64,000 bases of DNA. Origin: Chloropicon primus (taxonomy: Eukaryota). Of the stretch, positions 9,878 to 18,637 are shown one piece after another (position 1 is the first letter of the stretch; the number at the start of each line of letters is the position of its first letter). A model generated the notes under the pieces. The model made no database searches. It was not told the origin of the DNA and saw nothing but the letters and a program-made list of their open reading frames with translations. A program made the translations under genes and the position numbers. The stretch covers positions 248,001 to 312,000 of the forward strand of contig CP060754.1 in NCBI GenBank assembly GCA_023205875.1, given 5' to 3'.

Positions 9878-12800
9878 ATGGGGAAAGGCTCGCAGTCCGG
9901 GGGGAACACCCGGAGTAATGTCATGGGGCCAGAGTTCACGGACTTCCTGCCGCGGGAGGATCGAATTGCTTGTTACGGGCTGGACTGTGCTGACACACTG
10001 GAGTGGCGCATGTGGACCCCGGGTGGGGAGTACACGCTCAACTTGAACATGAAGAACGTGTCCACCAAGCCGCTCAAGCTCAAGTACAAGCTGCCCGCGA
10101 CCAAATACTTTAGCATGGACTTTCCAGAGCCAATAAAGCTGAGTCCCGGGATGAGCTTTCCGGTGAAAGTCACTTTCAGGCCAGTGAAGAAGGAGACCTA
10201 CGACGACTACATCGAGTTTATCACTGCAACGGGCGGCTTCAGGATACCTATTCGGGCGACGCTTCCTCTCGTGGAGATGCTGGTTCCGGCACAGCTCCAC
10301 TTCGGGTACGTGCCAGCCAACGAGGTCGCCTCGAAGTCCTTCACAATCAAGAACGCTGGCGAGATCGGAATCCACTACAAGTGGAAGCTCAACGAACCGT
10401 TCTCCATCGAGCCGGGGGAGGGGTACCTCGATCCGAAGAAGAGTGCGAGTGTCACTGCGACCTTCAAACCAGAGGACGCCTCCGTGTTTGTTGCCTCTGC
10501 GTTGTGCACCTTGCAAGACGGGGAAAGGGTGGCGAGCTTGAAGGTCGTTGGAGTCGGAAAGTACTCCCACATCTCGCTGGAGACAAACCTCATAGACTTC
10601 GATTCGGTCTTGGTTGGGCACAGCGCAACCAAAGTCGTGAGGCTGTCGAACCACTCGGTTGCCGACGCGGCCTACGCCATACAGAGGAAGGACAAGGAGC
10701 ATGACAGGGTCTTCAGAATCTCTCCCACGAAGGGGAGGCTAAGGGCCTCCGAGTACGAGAACGTGAATGTGACCTACACCCCAAACGCCTCTGGGGTCTT
10801 CTCCTCGGAAAGCTTTGTGTTCACGACTGCGAGCGGAAACACAGTGTCCTTGTGCTGCAGGGGAACGGCCGTGAGCCCGGAGGTTAAGGTGTCCACGGAG
10901 TTCTTGAACTTTGGAAACACCAAGGCCGGGGATCAGCTCTCGAGGACGTTTCACATCGACAACCTCTCGGGGGTACCGGTGTTGTTTCAGATCATGGCGG
11001 AGAAAGATTCTGCCTTTAGGTTCTCGAGAACGTACGGGGAGTGCGCTGCGCACTCTCAGGTCCACGTCTCGGTGACGTTCTCGCCCCTGGAAGCTGCGAA
11101 TTACTGGAAGAGAATTTATATTCTCGTTCACGACTGCCAGCCGCTCTTTATCAACCTCATCGGAACGTGCTACGACGAGAAGAGAAGGCCGCCTCCATTC
11201 CACAAGAAGCATATTGAGGCTTACCTTCTCCACTCGAGCAAGGGTAACGTGCCGACCTTGGACGAGATGTCTGCGGCGGTCGAGAGCATGTCCACAATCA
11301 AGAGGGAGGTGGCGGTACCCGACGTGCCCCGGACTCCGCTTCCAGGAAAGGAAGGTGACGCGAGCAGCAACGAGTACAAGCACTGGGAAGAGTTCTTCAA
11401 CGGCCACGACCCAGCAAAGGCCCTTTCGATCAACGAGTACGAAATTGATTACGGAGCGTGCAGCCACCTGAGAATGTCCGAGTACAGGACGATAGTGGTC
11501 ACGAACAACTCAGATTACAAGCTCACGGCTTGCTGGCTTCTTCCGGACGTTCCTTCCACCGAGGGAACTGACAAGAGGAGGCGCAGAAACCCCGTCTTCC
11601 AAGTGTTTCCGGACTCTTCTGATATCAAGCCAAGGTCTTCGGTCAAGTTCAAGGCGCAGTTCAGACCAACGAAGGAGAACCAGTACTACTGCCAGACCCT
11701 CGAGTGCCTCGCCTTTGTGAAGTCCCAGAGGAACTTCAGGCTCGTCAGCGGCGAGAAGCTCTTGCCGCCATGGACAACGAGTGTCCAGGCGAGAGGCCAC
11801 ACTTTCTACGGAAACGTTGAGGAGTTTCTTCCACGAGCGAACTTCCTCACCAGGAAGCTGAACTTCCCGCCCTGCCCCATCGGATGCTCGGTCTATTTGA
11901 CGACGGTTCTGCAAAACAACGGAGACACCCCGGTGAAGTTCGAGTTCCAGGACTCCCTTCATTCCGTGCACCTGAACGAGCAGAAGGACATCCTTGTGAG
12001 GCCCAGAGTCGGCATTGTACCTTCAGGAGGGTCCCAAATCATAGGCTTGTGCTTCAGCGCGAAGGAGGCAAAGGTGTACAACGAGTCTCTCTTGTGCATC
12101 CTGAACGACTCTCCTAGGAATGCTATCGAGCTTCACCTCACGGCGAGCGGAAACGTGCCAAACGTGATCATGGACAAGAACCTTTATTTCAAGCCAACGT
12201 GCGTAGGCGCGCTCAGTCACAGGGTCATGGAGATCCAAAACGCAAGCCGGATCCCCGTGAGGTTTGCGTGGTCGATACCTGAAAAATCCCAGAGCATCTT
12301 CAATGTCGAGCCCCAGTTTGGAATCTTGAGGGGCAACGAAAAATCGCACGTCACTTGGACGATGATTCCGAACAAGCTGAAGAAGTTCGAGACGAGGGTG
12401 TCGTGCGGCATCACAAACGCCCAAGACGCTTCGGTGAGCTTGACGAATGCGGAGTCCGTGAACACCGTGACGTTGCTAGGCGAAGGCACTGAGGGTGAGA
12501 TAGTCTCCGACCCTTCTCAGCTGGACTTTGGCACTGTTTGCATCGGAAAGAGTTACACGCAGACATTGACCCTTCTCAACCAGGCGGCTGGCGTCCTGGC
12601 ATATGATCTGGACCCTGTCTTCAGCTCACAGGCCGAGGCGAGCGTGGAAGAAATACCCACGGTCGAGATAAGCGAGAGCACTGGGATCCTTCCTGCAAGA
12701 GCATTCAAGACGGTCGACGTGTCCATAACGGCCACGAAGCAGGGGTTGTACGAGTTTGATCTCACGTGCTACGGCACTGCCGGGCAGAAAGTGAAAGGGA

Positions 12801-14788
12801 TGAAACAACCCACTCACCCGCTGCTTACGACTCGGTTGAAGGCTCAAGCGGCGTACCCCACCATGCAAATCACTGATTTGAAGGGCAGAATGTTTGAGAA
12901 GCGATTCTTGTGGGACTTCTGCGGCATCGGCCACATCAACAAGGAACTGAGCTCTGACCTGCTACCGTCTGAGGTCGAGCTCGACTGCATGGGCGCCAAG
13001 GAGGTCGTCACGACTGAGCACGCTCTTAGCATGCTTCCTCCGATATCCCTGCAGTTGGGAGCGGAGGAGGAGGGGGACGACGATACTGTGGTTTTCATCG
13101 AGTTCACGAATACGGGGGGCCTTCCAACGGAGTTCAAGTTCCATTTTCAGAATGACGCTGAGGTCGAGGTGGAGAACTGGATCGACGTGGGCGAGCCGCA
13201 GACAGAGGAAGGGAAACACCACAGCAAGATCATTGAGAACAAGATCTTTGATATTCAGCCTCGGACGGGAGTTTTGAATGTCGGCCAGAGCACAGTGGTC
13301 AAGATCACGTACACGCACCAGGAGTTCGGGTATCACGAGCTTCCGGTCCTTCTGCACATCAAGGATGGCAGGAGGATCAACTTGCACCTTAAGGGAGAGA
13401 CCATCATGAAGGAGGACATGAGGACTGCGTTGCCGCAGAAGCACGTGTTCAACCCTGTCGTGATCGGGGACGAGAAGCCTCCAGTTCAAGTGATCACCTT
13501 GCACAACAAGTGTGTTTGCGAGGTTCCCTTCTTCTTTGAGATGGAACCCCTTGAGAAGCTGAGGGAAGAGAACTACGGGTGCGACATCTTTGAGTTCCTT
13601 GATAGCGAAGGCATCATCCCGGTGAGCGGGGTCTCCAACATCAGGTGTATCTTCAGACCGCTGGAGCACAAGGAGTACAACGTCGACCTCCCTGTCATCC
13701 TTGGGAACGGAGAGAAGAACGTGGTGACCTTCTGTGGGAGCGGGTTCCATCCGAGCGAGCCGAAAGACTCCGTGTGCAAGTCCGTCCCATCGCTGCTGCC
13801 GGCGACCGAGCTGCCTGGGTTCCACATCACGCCCCATTTGATCACCTACGACCACTTGGGCTCCGTCAGCATCGAGCACTTGGACTTTTCCAATGTCCGT
13901 GAGGGGGCAATTAGCACGAAGATTCTGGCGATCAAGAGCAACAGCACGGAGGACTTGAAGTTCTCTTGGTACATCGACGAGGCGAGGGACATCCTCGGGG
14001 AGAACTTGGAGATCCACCCGATCGAAGGCGTCATTGAGCCGGGCAACACCGCTCTGTGCAAGGTGTACTTCGACGCTCGCATGGAGCCGATCATCTGCTC
14101 CACGCGCATGAAGTGCCTCCTGGAGTCCACGGAGTCTTCGAACGTGACTCAGCTCGAGTTCCAGGAGGATGACGGGGAGACGGAGGAGATCATAGCGGAG
14201 CACCCGCCCCCTGAGCTGTCGAACACGAAGAAGCGCAGGGACAGGGCCGGGGTGTACGAGGGGATCACCTTCTCCACCAGGATGAAGTTTGACAGGCTGA
14301 ACGAGCTTTACACCTCAAGGTTCAACGGGGAGCCTCAGGACGAGGACGAGGGCAACGCCGGCGCCTCCCCGCAGGAGCCCCAGCTCATCTACGTGGGCAT
14401 CGACGTCTCCGTCCTTCCCAAGGAGCACATCACGGTGGCCGACCTCCGGGCCGAGCTCGAGAAGCTCTCGGGTCCGACCAAGGAAGCCGAGGAGGAGGCG
14501 GACAACGGCGGGGGGCTCTGGGACGCCGTCGAGGGCATCCTGGACAACCTCTGCCTAGAAATCGTGAACGATGACACCACCTCGAAGTCTCTCAAGAAGC
14601 TGCAGCAGCAGCATGAGTCCGTGTACAAGAAGTTGCTCTCCGAGGAGCCCAAGCCCGAGGAGCCAGAGGGACAAGTGCCCCTGGCCGGAAAGCTGCACGA
14701 TTTTGTAAAGTTCGTCCTCGAGACGGCGGTCTACCAAATCATTGAGGAGGAGATGCACACCACTTGCACCTCCGTGCCTTCACCTTAA
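9878..14788 (+). CDS. CFAP65: Cilia- and flagella-associated protein 65 (CCDC108), multiple ASH/PapD-like Ig domains
   Basis: N-terminal YGLDCADTLEWRMWTPGGEYTLNLNMKNVS..KLKYKLPATKYF..FPEPIKLSPG....VTFRP matches the CFAP65 start. Repeated LxFG.....(T/I)xxNxG..P..F ASH modules over ~1630 aa. First ATG at 9878. Confidence 0.88.
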   Translation: MGKGSQSGGNTRSNVMGPEFTDFLPREDRIACYGLDCADTLEWRMWTPGGEYTLNLNMKNVSTKPLKLKYKLPATKYFSMDFPEPIKLSPGMSFPVKVTFRPVKKETYDDYIEFITATGGFRIPIRATLPLVEMLVPAQLHFGYVPANEVASKSFTIKNAGEIGIHYKWKLNEPFSIEPGEGYLDPKKSASVTATFKPEDASVFVASALCTLQDGERVASLKVVGVGKYSHISLETNLIDFDSVLVGHSATKVVRLSNHSVADAAYAIQRKDKEHDRVFRISPTKGRLRASEYENVNVTYTPNASGVFSSESFVFTTASGNTVSLCCRGTAVSPEVKVSTEFLNFGNTKAGDQLSRTFHIDNLSGVPVLFQIMAEKDSAFRFSRTYGECAAHSQVHVSVTFSPLEAANYWKRIYILVHDCQPLFINLIGTCYDEKRRPPPFHKKHIEAYLLHSSKGNVPTLDEMSAAVESMSTIKREVAVPDVPRTPLPGKEGDASSNEYKHWEEFFNGHDPAKALSINEYEIDYGACSHLRMSEYRTIVVTNNSDYKLTACWLLPDVPSTEGTDKRRRRNPVFQVFPDSSDIKPRSSVKFKAQFRPTKENQYYCQTLECLAFVKSQRNFRLVSGEKLLPPWTTSVQARGHTFYGNVEEFLPRANFLTRKLNFPPCPIGCSVYLTTVLQNNGDTPVKFEFQDSLHSVHLNEQKDILVRPRVGIVPSGGSQIIGLCFSAKEAKVYNESLLCILNDSPRNAIELHLTASGNVPNVIMDKNLYFKPTCVGALSHRVMEIQNASRIPVRFAWSIPEKSQSIFNVEPQFGILRGNEKSHVTWTMIPNKLKKFETRVSCGITNAQDASVSLTNAESVNTVTLLGEGTEGEIVSDPSQLDFGTVCIGKSYTQTLTLLNQAAGVLAYDLDPVFSSQAEASVEEIPTVEISESTGILPARAFKTVDVSITATKQGLYEFDLTCYGTAGQKVKGMKQPTHPLLTTRLKAQAAYPTMQITDLKGRMFEKRFLWDFCGIGHINKELSSDLLPSEVELDCMGAKEVVTTEHALSMLPPISLQLGAEEEGDDDTVVFIEFTNTGGLPTEFKFHFQNDAEVEVENWIDVGEPQTEEGKHHSKIIENKIFDIQPRTGVLNVGQSTVVKITYTHQEFGYHELPVLLHIKDGRRINLHLKGETIMKEDMRTALPQKHVFNPVVIGDEKPPVQVITLHNKCVCEVPFFFEMEPLEKLREENYGCDIFEFLDSEGIIPVSGVSNIRCIFRPLEHKEYNVDLPVILGNGEKNVVTFCGSGFHPSEPKDSVCKSVPSLLPATELPGFHITPHLITYDHLGSVSIEHLDFSNVREGAISTKILAIKSNSTEDLKFSWYIDEARDILGENLEIHPIEGVIEPGNTALCKVYFDARMEPIICSTRMKCLLESTESSNVTQLEFQEDDGETEEIIAEHPPPELSNTKKRRDRAGVYEGITFSTRMKFDRLNELYTSRFNGEPQDEDEGNAGASPQEPQLIYVGIDVSVLPKEHITVADLRAELEKLSGPTKEAEEEADNGGGLWDAVEGILDNLCLEIVNDDTTSKSLKKLQQQHESVYKKLLSEEPKPEEPEGQVPLAGKLHDFVKFVLETAVYQIIEEEMHTTCTSVPSP

Positions 14789-14928
14789 TTCTTTTGTTGT
14801 TGTAAGATTATCAGCTTGGTATTATTACCGACCAACCTCCCCTCCCCTCCCTCGTCATCCATAACCGCATTTTTCGGTCGAGACGGCGAAAGAAAAAAAA
14901 TAGGAGCGCCCGCAGTGAGCGAGCGGAA

Positions 14929-14931
<3 letters not shown>

Positions 14932-14980
<49 letters not shown>
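14932..14980 (+). repeat. (GA)n microsatellite directly upstream of the B12D-like ATG
   Basis: Perfect AG dinucleotide run of ~49 nt. Confidence 0.95.
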
Positions 14981-14983
<3 letters not shown>

Positions 14984-14993
14984 AAGAAGAAAG

Positions 14994-15647
14994 ATGGGAG
15001 GAGGAGCCGCGGGAAGAACCTTTAGCCAGATCTGGTTGTCAGACAAAGCGGTAAGTCCTCGGTTCGAGAGGGGGAAAAACGCGGGGGTGGGCGTGGAGTC
15101 TGCCAAGCCCTTTTCTTTCCTTTTTTTTTGCTCTTCGGGCGTGAGTTCGAGGGGGAGGGGGGTCGCGAGGGGTCCGGGCGTCCCTATCGCTCGGCGTTGC
15201 GAGTGTCCAGCCACCCTGCCCGAGCAATTGAGCTCACGAGTCTGACCGTCTTCGAATTCTTCTTTTCTTTCTTTTCTTCACAATTGTCAGACCTACCCAC
15301 TCATTATCACCATGACAGCGGGCATGGCCCTTCTCGGGTTCAGGTTGGTCCACTCGTCCACGGCGCCTGAGGTGACGTAAGTGGAAGCCCTTTCGTTCTC
15401 GCCCGTTCCGCTCTTGCTCTTGAATCAATGTCCTGGAAGTTTGCCGTTCCTAACCCTCGTCTTCTTCTTCCTCCTCAGTTTCTCCAAGAAGAACAGGGGA
15501 AACTTCGAGCACTGGACCGACAACGACGGCAAGGACGCGTCGGCGCAGGGGGAGAGATTCAGGAAGCATCCAATCAGGAACTTCTTCGGAACGGTGAAGC
15601 CTTCCATCATGCCCGACTTGAACGAGTACATGTCAAAGTCCTCCTAA
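14994..15647 (+). CDS. B12D / NDUFA4 (COXFA4)-like small mitochondrial membrane protein, 103 aa; join(14994..15050,15291..15376,15479..15647)
   Basis: Two GTAAGT..CAG introns give MGGGAAGRTFSQIWLSDKATYPLIITMTAGMALLGFRLVHSSTAPEVTFSKKNRG...QGERFRKHPIRNFFGTVKPSIMPDLNEYMSKSS. This matches the plant B12D pattern (YPL..TM..PEV...K.NR..GE.Y....R.F....P.IMP.LN). Only the exon 1 and exon 3 fragments appear in the ORF track. Confidence 0.88.
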
Positions 15648-15834
15648 GTCAGCTCGCCTGAAAATCAAATCAATGGGACTTTCATATAGGTGTTGTTCGT
15701 GGGACAAAAGATAGCAGAACGTTCTAGACTTGGAGCGATAATTTTGTTTCGCACTCGCAAACCAAGGGCTCAAAAATACATCTTTAGTAGTTCGGTTTTA
15801 TTCCCTTTCGTCTCGTCGTCTCGGTTTGTCCCAT

Positions 15835-16603
15835 TCAGTACTTCTGCAAGACGTCCCTCTGGTAATTCAGCGCCCGGGCCTGCCTCTTTGGAATCACCAA
15901 GTGGATCATCAGGCACACCAGTCCACAGAACGCTCCGAAAGAGACCAAGACCATTACCGTTATCCTTGGTATGAAGTTGTTGTCATAACCCTGTGTACGG
16001 CAGGCACGAAGAAGAGGAAAGGAGCGCCACGTCAGTGTCGGGTTTTGGGTTGCGGTCCGACCAAGATGCCGAGGAAACAGGCCAGGATCCCCTGGGTTCC
16101 TCGAGCCAAGCGTACCTCGAAGTCGACCTCCTCGCTGTCGTCCCCTCGAGGAGTAGTGAAAAGGATCAACAACAGAATCCCCAGCACAAACGTAGTGGAC
16201 ACGGATATCACTCTGCAAGGCGAAACGCGAGGAAGGCGCAAGTCAGTCAAACACGAGCGCGCCGCCAAGGGTGTCGCTCTCCACGGAGAACTCGCGAACA
16301 AAGGCGACGCTTACCCTGGACTCCTGGTGTTCGATCCAAACCAGCATATCAGGCAGGAGAAGAGACTGTGGACGCGAGCAAACGAGTCAAGAAAGAGAGT
16401 CAGGGGCCCAGCCAAGGTTGAGAACGAGAAAGCTATTTCGCCTACCATAGCAGCAAGACAGCGAATGCCCCTATCCCGATTCCAAATATTCGCGTGGACT
16501 CCAATTCGCTCGTCGTCTGAAGGAGCAACCGACGCGGGGCACCAAGTCCCTGACTTCTCGAAGCCAAGGACCGCGCAGCGTCAACCGCCTGCTGTGACCA
16601 CAT
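15835..16603 (-). CDS. TMEM218: TMEM218-like ciliary transition-zone membrane protein, 153 aa; complement(join(15835..15990,16116..16212,16315..16365,16446..16603))
   Basis: Three GT-AG introns, each with a CTGAC branch site, splice in frame to ..RIFGIGIGAFAVLLLCLFSCLICWFGSNTRSPGVISVSTTFVLGILLLILFTTPRGDDSEEVDFEGYDNNFIPRITVMVLVSFGAFCGLVCLMIHLVIPKRQARAL.. The three TMs and the GxGxGxF, PR, D..FI.R and IH....A..L pattern are those of TMEM218. Confidence 0.8.
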
Positions 16604-17083
16604 AAAGTCTCGGACTCTGCTTCGCCAGTGTTCTGTCTCTGTGTGCGAACCGCTAGTAGACGGAGTTCCTCTCTGCAGCTCAGGCCGCCTTCCTTCCCTT
16701 CTGCATACTCCCCTACTCGAGCAAAAACACAAGCAAACACGAGAGCGGAGTCCGCGTCCGACGGCCAAGCAAACACGAGCGAACGCGAGAAAGCTCTCCC
16801 GAGGCGACGCAGTCTCGCGAAAGTGTCAACCCGGCTTCCGTCCCAGACAGAAGACAGTGCACCCTCTTCACAAAGGCCAACCACCTTCCAAAGGCAAAGC
16901 TATGACATCGAAAAGAGAGACGTTCCCGCGCTCCTAAAAATTACATCGCTGGACGTTCAGACGACGGCGAGGGGCGTCTTCTGAAAAGAGTGGGTTGGTT
17001 GGCGGTGGAAGGGCGCGGGTTGGGCTGGCGCGGGTCTTGGCTCTTGTGGGTTCACCGGTGACATAGCGCTTTTCGACGAGGTG

Positions 17084-18574
17084 ATGATGGAAGATAAGAG
17101 GGCGGAGGCGAAGGGCCACCTGCGGGCGCTGAATGAGCAGTTTGCGAGTTACATTCAGGGTCAGAGCAGGACGAACGCTACTGGGATATGGGCTTCAGCT
17201 TGCAAGGACTACATAATGCACTTGAACGAGCTCGAGAGGGAGTACGGGACCGGCCTGGTGGCCGCGAACGGTTCCTCCGAGGTCGGGGGGGCGAGCGGCG
17301 GGTCCCAGATCTTCATGTTCGGCACCGGGGACTGCGGCCAGCTGGGCTTTGGCGAGGACGTCCCGGAGCTCCCCTTCCCGAAAGCGCTGAGTTGGAAGGG
17401 GCTCACGTTCCAGAAGTTGGTCTGCGGGGGAATGCACACCGTGGCCCTGAGCTCCGACGGCACGGTCTGGTCCTGGGGGGTCAACGACGAGGGGGCCCTG
17501 GGGCGGCTAGCCAAGTCGAACAACGACTTTGTGGACGCCAAGGCGATGGGGCTCGGGGGCTCGGCGGACGCGATACCGGAGAACGTCCCCGGGAAGGTCG
17601 ATCTACCCGCGGGGTCAAGGGTTGCGGCCCTGAGCGCGGGAGACAGCCACTGCATGGCGCTGCTCACTTCGGGCGAGGTCTGGGGCTGGGGTTCGTACAG
17701 AAACTCCAGCGGGGTGCTGGGCTTCTCGGAGCAGACCAAGATTCAAAGACTGCCGACCAAGGTGGACATCCCCATAACCTCGGGGAAGATAGTTGAGATC
17801 GCGTCGGGCGCGGACCACGTTCTGGGGCTTTCGGACAAGGGCGAGGTATTCTCGTGGGGTTGCAGCGAGAAGGGAAGGCTTGGCCGGCTGGACAAAACCA
17901 CTGCCGACAAGAGTCCAAAGGAGGACGCCACCGTCAAGGCCAAATCCCTTGGGGTGGGGAGGGTGACCTCCCTCTCTGACGTCAAGCACGTTGCGTGCGG
18001 ATTCTTCAGCTCCTTCGCCCTCCGCAAGGACGGCACGGCATTTGGCTGGGGCCTGAACAACTACGGACAGCTGAGTCTTCCCGACGAGGGCCCTTTCTAC
18101 GAGCCACAGCGCCTCGAGTCCCTCAGTCGTCACGGCATCAAGTGCATCTCCGGAGGAGAGCACCACACCCTCGCCCTGACTCAAAAGGGAAAGGTGCTTG
18201 CCTTCGGCAGGCCCACGTACGGGCGCCTGGGACGCGCGGACGTGTCCGCCGGGGAGGATGCATTCGTGTCCGAGCCCAACTTTGCAGAGGGGATCTCGGG
18301 AAGGGTCGAGAGCATAGGCACTGGCATGGCCGTTTCTGGCGCCGTGACTGTTGAGGGGGACGCCTACGTGTGGGGTTACGGCACGACAGGGCAGTTGGGC
18401 AAGGGGGAGGATGAGGAGGACGAGGTTTTGCCCTACCTCCTGAAAACGAAGCGACTCGCGAAGGCAGACGTTCAGATGATATCGTTTGGCGGCCAACACT
18501 CTGGACTCGTGGCGAAGCCCAAGGCCACGAGCGAAGAGCCCGCTCAGCAGAACAGGAAGCGCGTTCGTCTTTAA
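17084..18574 (+). CDS. RCC1: Regulator of chromosome condensation (Ran GEF) with N-terminal Nup50/Nup2-like helical segment and C-terminal NLS
   Basis: Seven RCC1 blades with orthologue-specific motifs GGMHTV..WGVNDEGALGR, SAGDSH..WGSYRNSSG, GLNNYGQL, SGGEHHT..GRPTYGRLG, WGYGTTGQLG and GGQH. Ends RKRVRL. Confidence 0.9.
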   Translation: MMEDKRAEAKGHLRALNEQFASYIQGQSRTNATGIWASACKDYIMHLNELEREYGTGLVAANGSSEVGGASGGSQIFMFGTGDCGQLGFGEDVPELPFPKALSWKGLTFQKLVCGGMHTVALSSDGTVWSWGVNDEGALGRLAKSNNDFVDAKAMGLGGSADAIPENVPGKVDLPAGSRVAALSAGDSHCMALLTSGEVWGWGSYRNSSGVLGFSEQTKIQRLPTKVDIPITSGKIVEIASGADHVLGLSDKGEVFSWGCSEKGRLGRLDKTTADKSPKEDATVKAKSLGVGRVTSLSDVKHVACGFFSSFALRKDGTAFGWGLNNYGQLSLPDEGPFYEPQRLESLSRHGIKCISGGEHHTLALTQKGKVLAFGRPTYGRLGRADVSAGEDAFVSEPNFAEGISGRVESIGTGMAVSGAVTVEGDAYVWGYGTTGQLGKGEDEEDEVLPYLLKTKRLAKADVQMISFGGQHSGLVAKPKATSEEPAQQNRKRVRL

Positions 18575-18637
18575 CTTCCTCTCCTGTTTTTGGTAGATCC
18601 ATCCAAGCGTATTATATAATAGTTTACAAGAGTACTA

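Noticed and set aside
15826..16605. 259-aa plus-strand ORF
   Set aside because: It lacks an ATG at its start and is explained by the spliced TMEM218-like gene on the minus strand.
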